Source: Hydrurus foetidus (taxonomy: Eukaryota). Taken from it: a DNA stretch of 64,000 nucleotides. The notes under the pieces were generated by a model. It ran no database searches and had not been told where the DNA came from. It saw only the letters and a program-made list of their open reading frames with translations. Below are positions 1 through 9,776 of the stretch, piece by piece. The translations under genes were made by a program, and so were the position numbers. The first letter of the stretch is position 1, and every line of letters begins with the position of its first letter. Where the stretch lies: assembly GCA_900617105.1 (NCBI GenBank), contig UYFQ01000006.1, positions 558,001-622,000 on the forward strand, read 5' to 3'.

Positions 1-253
1 TTTTGACTTTGGTGCCCATTTTCAGGACGGTGGACGAGCCTTTGACTTTCAGGTCTTTGATGAGGACGACGGCATCGCCATCGGCGAGCACTTGGCCGTT
101 GGCGTCTTTGACCACCGCGTCGGCTTCGTCGTCGGTGTGGGCCGCTGCGGCTTGGGGCCATTCATGGCCGCAGTCGGCGCAGACAAAGTTGTCGGCATCG
201 GGGTAGGTGTTGGCCAGGGTGCATTGGGGGCAGGGTGGGGATGGGTTTGTCAT
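1..253 (-). CDS. yjdM: YjdM/PhnA-family zinc-ribbon protein (3' end outside window)
   Basis: Not in ORF track. Manual translation from the ATG at 253: MTNPSPPCPQC...VCADCGHEW...VKDANGQVLADGDAVVLIKDLKVKGSS..KMGTKVK, with two CxxC pairs and the PhnA C-terminal motif. Confidence 0.9.
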   Translation of the reverse strand, partial: MTNPSPPCPQCTLANTYPDADNFVCADCGHEWPQAAAAHTDDEADAVVKDANGQVLADGDAVVLIKDLKVKGSSTVLKMGTKVK

Positions 254-292
254 GGGGCGATTCTCTCTTGTCAATCGCCGCTCATTCGCCGG

Positions 293-970
293 TCACGCCC
301 CCAGTTCGATGACACCTGCGAGCGGCACGTCTGCCGGGGCTTCGTAGCCTGCGACCACCCAAGCCCGCGTGGGGTGCTGCGAAGCTTCTCTGAGCAGGGT
401 CAACACGAACGCAATGGAGGCTTTGTCCAGCGCGGCAAACGGGTCGTCGAGCAGGGTCACGGGGGCACCGGATGCGAACGCGGCGGCCAGCCAGACTTTG
501 CGCTTGGAGCCGGTGGAAAGCATGTACAGGGGTTTGTTCAGGTGCGGTGTCAGCCCCAGGCTAACGGCCAGTTCGGTGGCGCGTTGCGCGTCAAACTGGG
601 AGTAGCGACGGGGCAGCGACTGAAAGTAGTCAGCGGCTGAGGTTTGCTCCCATGCCTCTGAGCGCGGGTCGGCCCAGAAGACTTGCTGCTGGTAGGTGCT
701 GAGCGAGGGCTTCAGGGGCACGCCGTTGAGGTGGAAATCGCCTGACTGCGCACTTAGTTCGCCAGCCAACAAGCGCAGCAGCGTGGTTTTGCCTGTGGCC
801 TCGTCACCCTGTACCGATGTGATGCCGGGTGGGATGTGGGTTGACCAATGGGCAAACAGGGTGCGCTGGGGGTAGGCCCAGCAAAGGCGGGCTACTTGCA
901 GTACAGCGGGGTTTGCCGCAGGTGGTGCAGCGGAGCAGATTGTGGGGGTGAGAGTAGTGTCGTGGCGCAT
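293..970 (-). CDS. Stand-alone ABC-type ATP-binding protein with degenerate motifs
   Basis: Walker A-like GDEATGKT, signature LSTGSKRK, Walker B VTLLDDP. Confidence 0.75.
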   Translation of the reverse strand: MRHDTTLTPTICSAAPPAANPAVLQVARLCWAYPQRTLFAHWSTHIPPGITSVQGDEATGKTTLLRLLAGELSAQSGDFHLNGVPLKPSLSTYQQQVFWADPRSEAWEQTSAADYFQSLPRRYSQFDAQRATELAVSLGLTPHLNKPLYMLSTGSKRKVWLAAAFASGAPVTLLDDPFAALDKASIAFVLTLLREASQHPTRAWVVAGYEAPADVPLAGVIELGA

Positions 971-1059
971 GGGGCTTCTAGTGTTTTCGCTATCATGGAT
1001 CGCTTGCTGGCGGCATCTTGTTCCGCCGCGTGCTTCACAGATCTCTTCACGGCCTTTCT

Positions 1060-1932
1060 ATGACACGCGTACTGTTCCAAAGTCCATTTTTTCGCAACCT
1101 GGCTGGGTCAGCGTTGCTGACGCTGTGCGCGGTGTCGCAAGCACAAGTGCCGGAGCAGATAACGTGGGGCTGGTTCAACGCTGCACCTTACATGATTCCC
1201 GAGGGTATGGATGCAGGGCTGGGCATTTTTGACCAAGCTCGCAAGGTGCTTAAAACGCAACTGCCGGACTACGTACACACCGACATTGTGGCCCCGTTTC
1301 CCCGTATTTTTGATGAAATTAAGAAGGGTCACGCTTGGTGCTTTGCGGGTGGCGTTAAAACACCTGAGCGCGAAGAGTTTGCTTATTTTTCTCTGCCCAT
1401 CGCTGTTTTTTTACCCTTCCACATCGTGCTGCACAAGGGCGGGAAAATCCAGTCAACCCACAAAACCCAGCCCACAGGCCCGCAATCGCTGGAGTCATTG
1501 TTGACCCAGCCTAGCTTGCAAACCAGTGTGCTGAGGGGGCGCTCTGTCTCACCCGCCATTGACGCGTTGCTGCAACAGCATCCCCCTGCGCAGACGCATT
1601 CGGACTTCAAAGCGGCGCTTCAAATGCTGTTGGCTGACCGACTGGATTACCTGATCGAGATGCCGGTCATCACCGCGTACCAAAGCCGACAAATGGGGCA
1701 GCCGGACAGTTTGGTGTACTTGCCGATCCAAGAGGGCGCCGAGGTGGTGCTGAACCGCGTGATGTGCCCGAAAACGCCCTGGGGACGCAAGCTGATCGAC
1801 GACATCAATGGGGTTTTAAAGCGTGAACGGGTGAAGCCGCATTACCGTCAGCTGGTGGAAAAGTGGTCAGACCCCAGCAGCGTAAAGCAGATTCGCGGCC
1901 TGTACGACACCTTGTTCCTCAATACCCCATAA
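1060..1932 (+). CDS. Periplasmic solute-binding-like protein (TIGR02285-like)
   Basis: Signal peptide (..LLTLCAVSQA), APYMI..G..G...GIFD and KTPERE motifs, MCPKTPWG..LID.IN. ATG at 1060 chosen. Confidence 0.75.
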   Translation: MTRVLFQSPFFRNLAGSALLTLCAVSQAQVPEQITWGWFNAAPYMIPEGMDAGLGIFDQARKVLKTQLPDYVHTDIVAPFPRIFDEIKKGHAWCFAGGVKTPEREEFAYFSLPIAVFLPFHIVLHKGGKIQSTHKTQPTGPQSLESLLTQPSLQTSVLRGRSVSPAIDALLQQHPPAQTHSDFKAALQMLLADRLDYLIEMPVITAYQSRQMGQPDSLVYLPIQEGAEVVLNRVMCPKTPWGRKLIDDINGVLKRERVKPHYRQLVEKWSDPSSVKQIRGLYDTLFLNTP

Positions 1933-1946
1933 TTTTGACCGACAAG

Positions 1947-3314
1947 ATGGTCAACACGCCGCCACCCGCAGGGGAAAACCATGCGCTAAGAGACTTTGCC
2001 ATGCACCATTCCTTGGCGACACGCTTGATGAGGGTGATTTTTGGCTGCTATTTTGTGGTCACATTGATCGTCACAGGCGTTCAGTTGGTGGGCGAATACA
2101 ACCACGATGAAGACCGGTTGATGCAAGAGATGGGCGCGATGGAGCACACCTTTGGCCCCGGCATCGCCGATGCGGTGTGGGGGTTCAACACCGTGGTGCT
2201 GGGAGGCATTTTGTCGGGGATGAAGACCCAAACTACTGTGCTAGGGGTGAAGGTGATGGATACGAACGGTCTGCTGATTCATGGGATTGGCACCATACTG
2301 GATGCAGGACAGCGCCGACAAGAAGCCAATAGCCAGGGAGTTTTTCAGGCCACCCCGCCTAAAGAGGCTGTGTTGTTTGACCGTGTGTTTCAACGCACTT
2401 TTGCCATCGTGTATACCGATGAGCACGACACCAAGCACAGTGTTGGCTGGTGGACGGTGTACGCCAGCCAGCGCACCGTGATTGAGCGTTTGACTTACAC
2501 CTTTGGTTTGATTTTGCTCGGTTCGGTCATCAAAACACTGGCGCTGTGGGGTATTTTTTTGGTGGTAATTCAGCGTTCTTTGGGCAAGCCTTTGCGCCAA
2601 TTGAGCCACTTTGTGGGCGAGTTGAATTTGGACAACTTGGCGGACAAACGGATTGAGCTGCGGGCGCAGGGTCAGCATGAGTTGCATTTGCTCGCCCACA
2701 AGTTAAACCACATGGTGGCTTCACTGCACCGTTCGGTGGAAATGAACACCACCTTGTTCGATGAGCTGACCGAGCTCAACCGCACCCTAGAGCACCAAGT
2801 GGCTGAGCGCACGCAAGCGTTAGAACTGCTGTCCAGCACCGATGCCTTAACGGGCCTGGGCAGCCGCCGCAAGCTAGACGTGGCCTTGCAGTACGAGTCT
2901 GAATGCATGCAACGCTACGGCGGTAAGTTGGTGGTGATCATGGGCGATATGGACTATTTCAAAGCTGTGAACGACACCTATGGCCACCAAGCTGGCGACC
3001 AAGTGCTGTGCCATTTGGCCGGTATTTTTGGGGCCACTGGCCGCGCTGTGGACACGGTGGGGCGCTGGGGTGGTGAAGAATTCATGCTGATTTGCCCCAA
3101 CACCGATCTGCAAGGTGGGCGGGCGCTGGCCGAGAAATTATGCGAGCGGGTGGCGAAGGCTGATTTTCCGGTGGTGGGCCGTGCCACTTGCTCCTTTGGC
3201 GTGGCCGAATTGCACACCGGTGAGGCGGTGAGCAGCATGGTCACACGCGCCGATGCGGCACTGTACCGAGCAAAAACCAACGGGCGCAACAGGGTGGAAG
3301 TGGCAACGGACTGA
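1947..3314 (+). CDS. Membrane-bound diguanylate cyclase (2 TM, HAMP, GGEEF)
   Basis: TDALTGL, DMDYFKAVND, RAVD I-site, GGEEF, RADAALYRAK. Alternative start at 2001. Confidence 0.9.
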   Translation: MVNTPPPAGENHALRDFAMHHSLATRLMRVIFGCYFVVTLIVTGVQLVGEYNHDEDRLMQEMGAMEHTFGPGIADAVWGFNTVVLGGILSGMKTQTTVLGVKVMDTNGLLIHGIGTILDAGQRRQEANSQGVFQATPPKEAVLFDRVFQRTFAIVYTDEHDTKHSVGWWTVYASQRTVIERLTYTFGLILLGSVIKTLALWGIFLVVIQRSLGKPLRQLSHFVGELNLDNLADKRIELRAQGQHELHLLAHKLNHMVASLHRSVEMNTTLFDELTELNRTLEHQVAERTQALELLSSTDALTGLGSRRKLDVALQYESECMQRYGGKLVVIMGDMDYFKAVNDTYGHQAGDQVLCHLAGIFGATGRAVDTVGRWGGEEFMLICPNTDLQGGRALAEKLCERVAKADFPVVGRATCSFGVAELHTGEAVSSMVTRADAALYRAKTNGRNRVEVATD

Positions 3315-3338
3315 ACTTTGCTGGGGGAAGGAGTCGCG

Positions 3339-3357
3339 AGTTCAAATAGTTTGAACT
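3339..3357. promoter_or_regulatory. Perfect inverted repeat, probable operator of the cytochrome b561-yceI operon
   Basis: AGTTCAAA-TAG-TTTGAACT, ~95 bp upstream of the ATG at 3453. Confidence 0.5.
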
Positions 3358-3452
3358 GAAGTGACAAATAAAGTGAACGATTTTCGATGGTCAAATCTCT
3401 AAACTGCCACCTGAGTTAACGGTGCCCTGTGTCCCGCAATCATCCACACCCT

Positions 3453-4025
3453 ATGTCTTCATCCTACGCCTCACTCAACAGTCCCGCCAGGTATTCCGGC
3501 ATTGCCATCGTCTTGCATTGGGTGCTGGGCTTGAGCCTGCTCGGTTTGCTGGTGGTGGGCACGTACATGGCGGATCTGCCGTTTTCACCGCAGCGGCTCA
3601 AGCTGTACAACTGGCATAAATGGGCGGGTATCACAATTTTGACGCTCTCGGTGCTGCGCTTGCTCTGGCGCTTGACACACAAGCCGCCAGCCTTGCCTGC
3701 GACCATCACCAACGCGATGCCTGCGTGGCAGCATTGGGCGCACCACGGCACCCATGTGGCTTTATATGCGCTGTTTTTTATCGTGCCTTTGATTGGCTGG
3801 GCCTACAGCTCGGCGGCGGGTTTCCCGATTGTGGTGTTCGGCGTTTTGCCTTTGCCTGATTTGCTGGCCGTGGACAAAGAGCTGGCGGTGCTTATCAAAC
3901 CCTTCCACCGCTTGGCCGCTTGGGCACTGGCGGGGCTGATTGTGTTGCACGTCGCTGCGGCGCTGAAGCACCAGCTGATTGACCGCGATGGCTTGATTGG
4001 CCGCATGTGGTTTAGCAAATCCTGA
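3453..4025 (+). CDS. Cytochrome b561 (YceJ family)
   Basis: LHW, WHKWAG, H..H and LHVAAALKH heme-ligand motifs with four TM helices, followed by yceI genes. Confidence 0.9.
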   Translation: MSSSYASLNSPARYSGIAIVLHWVLGLSLLGLLVVGTYMADLPFSPQRLKLYNWHKWAGITILTLSVLRLLWRLTHKPPALPATITNAMPAWQHWAHHGTHVALYALFFIVPLIGWAYSSAAGFPIVVFGVLPLPDLLAVDKELAVLIKPFHRLAAWALAGLIVLHVAAALKHQLIDRDGLIGRMWFSKS

Positions 4026-4062
4026 TTGAACAAAATTTAGAAAAATTGAACGAAAGAAACTG

Positions 4063-4629
4063 ATGAATTTATTGATGAAATTGTCTGCCGTGGCCTTGCT
4101 TTCTGTGGCCACGCTCAGCGCCTACGCACAGCAAAAGCTAGTGCCTGCCCAAAGCGAAATTGTGTTCATCAGCAAGCAAATGGGCGTGCCGGTGGATGGG
4201 CGCTTCAAGAAGTTTGACGCGCAAATCAACTTTGATGCGGCCCGGCTTGACACCAGCAAAGTCAGCTTCACCGTCGACATCGCCAGCGCCACCCTGGGTG
4301 CGCCCGAGGTGGATGTCGAGCTGCCCAAGGCGATATGGTTCAACACCGCCAAATTCCCGCAAGCCACGTTTGTGTCCAGCAGCTTCAAGGCGCTGGGCGC
4401 TGGCAAGTACGAGGTGGCTGGCAAGCTCAGCATCAAAGGCCAAGTGCGTGATGTGGTGGTGCCGGTGGCGATGGTGCAAGCCGGTGCCGTGACCACCGCC
4501 ATGGGCGTGCTGCCGATGAAGCGTCTCGCGTTCAAAATTGGCGAAGGCGAATGGGCCGACACGTCGATGGTGGGTGACGACGTGCAAGTCAAGTTCAAAT
4601 TCGCCTTGAGTGGCGTGGGCAAGCTGTAA
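4063..4629 (+). CDS. YceI family polyisoprenoid-binding protein
   Basis: Signal peptide, SEIVF..QMGVPVDGRF, WFNTAKFPQATF, GKLSIKG. Confidence 0.9.
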   Translation: MNLLMKLSAVALLSVATLSAYAQQKLVPAQSEIVFISKQMGVPVDGRFKKFDAQINFDAARLDTSKVSFTVDIASATLGAPEVDVELPKAIWFNTAKFPQATFVSSSFKALGAGKYEVAGKLSIKGQVRDVVVPVAMVQAGAVTTAMGVLPMKRLAFKIGEGEWADTSMVGDDVQVKFKFALSGVGKL

Positions 4630-4690
4630 GCCAGCCCCGCCTTTTATTTCCCCCCTGTCCCGCAACTACCGAAAACTACCGAAAGAAACC

Positions 4691-5266
4691 ATGCGCAAAA
4701 CCCTGCTCGCTCTCGCTGCTGTCGCCACCCTGTCCGCAGGTGTGGCCCAAGCCCAATCCGCCACCTACGCGATCGACCCTACCCACACTTTCGTGACGTT
4801 CGAGATCGACCACATGGGTGCGTCCACCAACCGTGGCCGTTTTGACAAAAAAGAAGGCACGGTTCAGTTGGACAAAGCCGGCAAGACCGGCAAGGTCGAG
4901 CTGACGATTGATGCCGCCTCGCTGTCCACCGGCACACCGCCATTTGACAAGCACCTGCAAAGTGCCGATTTCTTCAACGTGGCCCAGTTCCCCACACTGA
5001 AGTTTGTGGGCGACAAGTTCAGCTTCAACGGTGACAAGGTGTCTGAAGTGGCCGGTACGCTGACGCTGTTGGGCAAGACCATGCCCGTCACGCTCAAAGC
5101 CAACAAGTTCAACTGCTACGAAAACGCCCGCATCAAGCGTGAAGTATGCGGTGGTGATTTTGAGACCACCATCCAGCGCAGCCAATGGGGCATGACCTGG
5201 GGCGCGAACTTCGGTGCCTCGGACTCCGTGAAGCTCGTCGTTCAAGTCGAAGCGATCAAGCAGTAA
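4691..5266 (+). CDS. YceI family protein
   Basis: YAIDPTHT, HLQSADFFNVAQFP, GTLTLLG, IQRSQWGM. Confidence 0.92.
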   Translation: MRKTLLALAAVATLSAGVAQAQSATYAIDPTHTFVTFEIDHMGASTNRGRFDKKEGTVQLDKAGKTGKVELTIDAASLSTGTPPFDKHLQSADFFNVAQFPTLKFVGDKFSFNGDKVSEVAGTLTLLGKTMPVTLKANKFNCYENARIKREVCGGDFETTIQRSQWGMTWGANFGASDSVKLVVQVEAIKQ

Positions 5267-5270
5267 TTTG

Positions 5271-5759
5271 TCAGGGCTTGACCGGGATCACCGTGCCAGC
5301 GGGCATGGCCACGGCGGTGACGCTGTTTTGCGGTGAGCCCTCAATCACCCGGTCAGAGTAGGTCAGGTAGACCAGCGTATTGCGTTTGCTGTCCACCATG
5401 CGCACCACGCGCAGCTTTTTAAAGACCAAAGAGATGCGCTCATTGAACATCTCTTCTTGTTTGTCCAGCGGCTTGTCACTGAATTTGATGGGGCCCGTCT
5501 GGCGGCAGGCAATCGACGCTTCCGCCTTGTCTTCAGCCAAGCCAAACGCCCCCTTCAGCCCGCCTGTTTTGGCGCGCGACACATAGCACGTCACCCCGCC
5601 CACCTTGGGGTCGTCATACGCTTCGACCACGATTTTGTGGTCAGGGCCGATGAGCTTGAACACCGTATCGACAGCGCCAATCTCTTCACTGCTGGCGAGG
5701 CCGCAGGCACCGACGAACACGGTGGCGATGAGCGTGAGGAGCAACGTTGATTTTTTCAT
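5271..5759 (-). CDS. creA: CreA family protein
   Basis: [42 protein letters not shown]...ASIACRQ. Confidence 0.92.
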   Translation of the reverse strand: MKKSTLLLTLIATVFVGACGLASSEEIGAVDTVFKLIGPDHKIVVEAYDDPKVGGVTCYVSRAKTGGLKGAFGLAEDKAEASIACRQTGPIKFSDKPLDKQEEMFNERISLVFKKLRVVRMVDSKRNTLVYLTYSDRVIEGSPQNSVTAVAMPAGTVIPVKP

Positions 5760-5792
5760 GGGGTTCTTGGGTTACCAGAAGAGGTGGTTAAT

Positions 5793-5856
5793 TGCTATTA
5801 AATAAAGAGCTAATACCGCTTATATTACCTGCCATAAAGGCAAATTCAGCGGTAAT
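5793..5856 (+). repeat. Copy of dispersed TGCT-N11-AGCT element
   Basis: TGCTATTAAATAAAGAGCTAATACCGCTTATATTACCTGCCATAAAGGCAAATT, same spacing as the other copies. Confidence 0.65.
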
Positions 5857-5865
5857 TTACAAACC

Positions 5866-6681
5866 CTAAAACCGCGTCCCTAGCGACAAGCGCCACATAT
5901 TTTGCGGCGTGAAGTTGACTTTGGGGTCGTAGACGACGCGAGCAAAGTAGCGCGGCCAGTCGTAAGTCACGGAAAGGCCCGCTCGGGCAATGGGCGTACC
6001 GGCCACCAAGCCTTTTTTGTACAAGCCGTCCAGCGTCAAGCGCTCACCTTCAGGCAAGGGGGTGCGGTAGACAAGATGCACATGCTGCTCGTCGGGGCTT
6101 TGGCGGTTGTCGCGCACCACTTGCAGAGCCAAGGAACGCGAACCCTCCCAACGGTAACCACCCGACAGCATCCACGCATCATTGGGATCGAAATTCAGGT
6201 TCACGTAATTGCGCAAATTGGTGCGCCCCAGCCCCACACCCACAAACCAGGTGTCACCCGTCTCCAAACCCACGCTGCCGCCCCAAAACCCACCCGAAGC
6301 CGCTTGCAACGAAGGATTGATGCGTACCCCTGGCCCAATGGGCAAGGTGTAGGTGTTGTCCCAGCCAGCCCGTGTTTGTGACAGCGCCAGATCCGGCGAG
6401 CGGAACACGCCCAACCACAGGTCGCCGCCGCTGTGGGTGTAGCGCAAGTTCACGTCCAAGCCCTTGGCCACAGGCGCACCACCGCCTGACAGCTGGTACA
6501 GTCCGGTGGTGAATTTAAAGGGTGTGCCTGTCGACGCAGGCGCGGATTCGGGCACATCGACGGGGTTGGTGGTTTGTGCGAAGGCCGTACTTGTCAGGCC
6601 TGCCATCAGCGCCGCCACCATCAGCGTGCATGGGCCTTGACGAAGGTTTGGGCGCGAAGCGGGTAAAGGGCTTGTGTTCAT
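5866..6681 (-). CDS. Hypothetical exported protein, probable outer-membrane beta-barrel
   Basis: Signal peptide (..STAFA), alternating beta-strand pattern with aromatic residues, C-terminal LSLGTRF. Confidence 0.6.
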   Translation of the reverse strand: MNTSPLPASRPNLRQGPCTLMVAALMAGLTSTAFAQTTNPVDVPESAPASTGTPFKFTTGLYQLSGGGAPVAKGLDVNLRYTHSGGDLWLGVFRSPDLALSQTRAGWDNTYTLPIGPGVRINPSLQAASGGFWGGSVGLETGDTWFVGVGLGRTNLRNYVNLNFDPNDAWMLSGGYRWEGSRSLALQVVRDNRQSPDEQHVHLVYRTPLPEGERLTLDGLYKKGLVAGTPIARAGLSVTYDWPRYFARVVYDPKVNFTPQNMWRLSLGTRF

Positions 6682-6861
6682 GCAAATGACTATAGACGAA
6701 CGAAGTCACGCCTTGTCCGCTGCTCTTGTTTAGGCGCTGACAAGTGACAGACAGGATAATGCGCCTTAGTTCGTGAATGCCAGTCTCTACACCCTGATGC
6801 GCCTTATCTTCACTGCCCCCGCTCCTCTTGCACCTTTTCTGGCACTTGCCGCCGCCCTGCC

Positions 6862-8217
6862 ATGCTGACGCTCGGCTGCATCGCTGACGACTACGCCGGT
6901 GGGCTGGCGCTCGCCAACAACCTCGTGGCAGCCGGGATGCGGGTCGTGCAGACCTTGGGTGTACCCCGTATTGCGCTGGAGGATGAGGAAGTAAACGCGG
7001 TGGTGATTTCTCTCAAGTCCCGCTATATAACCCCCGGTGATGCCGTGGTGCGGGCCTTGGACGCGATGATGTGGCTTAAAAACCAGGGCGTCAGCCAAAT
7101 TTACTTTTGCTTCAGCCCCACATTTGACAGCGTGTACAGCGGCGACACGCCCCACACACGCGGCAACATCGGCCCGGTGATCGAGGCGCTGATGAGCGCG
7201 CTGGGCCTGGATTTCACCGCTGTGGTGCCCGCTTTTCCCGACAAAGACTGCACGCTGCTCAAAGGCCACTTGTTCGTCGGGCAGACCCTGCTTGACGAAA
7301 GCACCATGCGCGACCATCCGCAAACGCCGATGGACGACGCGAACATGCTGCGCGTGCTGCAAGCGCAAACCCAGCTCCGCGTGGGTTTGGTGGACGTGAT
7401 ACCGGTAAGCAAAGGCAGCGTCGCCATCCAAGAGCAGATGGTCGATCTGCGCCTGAAGCATGTGAACATCGCACTGGTAGACGCAGCCAGCACCGAAGAT
7501 CTGCTGTACATCGCTATGGCCGTCAGCAACCTGTTTTTCGTGGGGGGCAGCCCTGGTTTGGGTTTGTTTTTACCCCAAAATTTTGACTTTGAACCCACGC
7601 CCTTGGCCAGCCTGCTACCCACAGCCACCGGCCGCCGGGCGGTGCTGTGCGGCAGTTGCTCGGATGCCAGCAAGCGCCAAATTCAACACTTCCACGCCGC
7701 CGGCAATCCGGCCATGGCCTTAGACCCTCTGAAGATCGGTAAATTTGGGCCCGCCAAGGTGGCCGCAGCGGCCATGGCCTGGGCCAAGCCGCTGTTGTCC
7801 ACCAGCCCTGTGCTGTTTTACTCCACCGCTGACGAAGCCGCGATTACGGCAGTGCAAAGCCTGCTGGGCGTGAACGATGCGGGTGCGCTGGTGGAGCAAT
7901 GCATGGCCGAAATCGCCCGTGGCTTGGTGGCTTTAGGTGTGCGCCAGCTGCTGGTAGCCGGCAGCGAAACCGGTATCGCCTGCCTGCGTGGGCTAGATAT
8001 TCGGCACCTGCGCATTGGCCCACTGATCGAATCGGGCATTCCGTGGTGCTACAGCCCTTTCGCCAGCTTGGCTGGTTTTGCAGACACAGGGCGCAGACCC
8101 GACGGTAGCGCGAACAAGCACACCGAGGCCACCACAGAAGGTCTGCATTTCGTGGTGAAACCCGGAACACTTGGCCACGATGATTTCTTCATTCGCGCCT
8201 TTGACAAGATGCGCTGA
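6862..8217 (+). CDS. DUF1537/four-carbon acid sugar kinase family protein (OtnK-like, divergent)
   Basis: LGCIADD, SLKSR, TFDS...GNIGPV, GHLFVG..LL.ES.MRDHP.TPM.D, GSCS. Confidence 0.85.
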   Translation: MLTLGCIADDYAGGLALANNLVAAGMRVVQTLGVPRIALEDEEVNAVVISLKSRYITPGDAVVRALDAMMWLKNQGVSQIYFCFSPTFDSVYSGDTPHTRGNIGPVIEALMSALGLDFTAVVPAFPDKDCTLLKGHLFVGQTLLDESTMRDHPQTPMDDANMLRVLQAQTQLRVGLVDVIPVSKGSVAIQEQMVDLRLKHVNIALVDAASTEDLLYIAMAVSNLFFVGGSPGLGLFLPQNFDFEPTPLASLLPTATGRRAVLCGSCSDASKRQIQHFHAAGNPAMALDPLKIGKFGPAKVAAAAMAWAKPLLSTSPVLFYSTADEAAITAVQSLLGVNDAGALVEQCMAEIARGLVALGVRQLLVAGSETGIACLRGLDIRHLRIGPLIESGIPWCYSPFASLAGFADTGRRPDGSANKHTEATTEGLHFVVKPGTLGHDDFFIRAFDKMR

Positions 8218-8256
8218 TATTGTTTGCCGTTGAGTCCTCAATTTTTGGAGATCGCT

Positions 8257-9771
8257 ATGAACGCCCGTGCTAATTCTTCGCTGAATCCGTCCCTTCTGGA
8301 TGCCCCCCAAGCCTTGGCACAAATCACCCAAGCCTGGGACGACGATATCGTCCAGCGCTTGACGGATTACATCGCCATCCCCGCCAAATCCCCCGGTTTT
8401 GACAAAGACTGGGCCAGCAATGGCTACCTCGACACCGTGGTGCGCCAAGCCGCAGCCTGGGTTGAAGCGCAAAAAGTTGAAGGTTTGACGCTGGAAGTGC
8501 TGCGCCTGCCTGGGCGCACACCGGTGATATTTTTCGAAATCCCCGCGTCGTCGGGGGCAGGCACCGACAGCAGCGCCCCCGCGCCCCTCAGCACCCAAAC
8601 CGTGCTGATGTACGGCCACCTGGACAAACAACCCGAGTTCACCGGCTGGCGCAACGATCTCGGCCCCTGGACGCCTAAATACCTGGACGGCAAGCTCTAT
8701 GGCCGGGGTGGTGCGGACGATGGATACGCCGTCTACGCCAGCATCGCCGCCGTGCAAGCGCTGAAAAGCCAAAACCTACCCCACCCGCGCATCGTCGGTT
8801 TGATCGAAACCTGCGAAGAATCAGGTTCCTACGACCTGCTGCCCTATGTGGACGCTTTGCGTGCCCCTGGCAACAACCGTTTGGGTGACGTGGCGCTGGT
8901 GATCTGCCTGGACAGCGGTGCGGGCAACTACGACCAGCTCTGGCTGACCACCAGCCTGCGTGGCATGGCGGCTGGCGTGCTGAAGGTGGAAATCCTCACC
9001 GAAGGCATCCATTCCGGTGACGCATCGGGGCTGGTGCCATCGAGCTTTCGCATCATGCGCCAAGTCCTTGACCGCTTGGAAGACAGTGCCACAGGCCGCT
9101 TGCTGCCCGCCAGTTTCCATTGCGAAGTGCCGCCTGAGCGCCTGCAGCAAGCCCACGCCACCGCCGCCATCCTGGGCGACGAGCTGTACAAACGCTTCCC
9201 CTGGGCACATTACGACTGTGGCGGCTCGACGATGTTCGCGCTGCCCACCACCACCGATCCGGTCAAGGCTTTGCTCAAGCGCACCTGGGAGCCCACCCTC
9301 AGCGTCACCGGTGCAGACGGCTTCCCCGAGATGAAGAACGCCGGAAACGTGCTGCGCCCCTACACCGCCTTCAAACTCAGCTTGCGCCTGCCCCCCCTGG
9401 TGGACGCAGGGCAAGCCGTGCAAGAGCTCAAAACCCTGCTGGAGGACAACGCGCCCTACCAAGCACGGGTAACTTTCAACGGGGAGGGAGGAGCGACGGG
9501 TTGGAACGCCCCCGACACCGCCCCGTGGTTCGAGCAAGCCTTGAACGAGGCCAGCGTGGCCCACTTCGGCGCACCCTGCGGCTACATCGGCCAGGGTGGC
9601 ACCATCCCGCTGATGAACATGCTAAGCCTTGGCTTCCCGAAAGCGCAAATGATGGTCTGCGGCGTGCTCGGCCCCAAGAGCAATGCCCACGGGCCGAACG
9701 AGTTTTTGCACGTCCCGTACGCCAAAAAACTCACCGCAGCCGTGGCGCAAGTCATTGCGCAAATGCCATAG
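8257..9771 (+). CDS. M20 family metallopeptidase
   Basis: YGHLDKQP, GRGGADDG, CEESGS, NAHGPNE. GGAG RBS upstream. Confidence 0.92.
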   Translation: MNARANSSLNPSLLDAPQALAQITQAWDDDIVQRLTDYIAIPAKSPGFDKDWASNGYLDTVVRQAAAWVEAQKVEGLTLEVLRLPGRTPVIFFEIPASSGAGTDSSAPAPLSTQTVLMYGHLDKQPEFTGWRNDLGPWTPKYLDGKLYGRGGADDGYAVYASIAAVQALKSQNLPHPRIVGLIETCEESGSYDLLPYVDALRAPGNNRLGDVALVICLDSGAGNYDQLWLTTSLRGMAAGVLKVEILTEGIHSGDASGLVPSSFRIMRQVLDRLEDSATGRLLPASFHCEVPPERLQQAHATAAILGDELYKRFPWAHYDCGGSTMFALPTTTDPVKALLKRTWEPTLSVTGADGFPEMKNAGNVLRPYTAFKLSLRLPPLVDAGQAVQELKTLLEDNAPYQARVTFNGEGGATGWNAPDTAPWFEQALNEASVAHFGAPCGYIGQGGTIPLMNMLSLGFPKAQMMVCGVLGPKSNAHGPNEFLHVPYAKKLTAAVAQVIAQMP

Positions 9772-9776
9772 ACACC

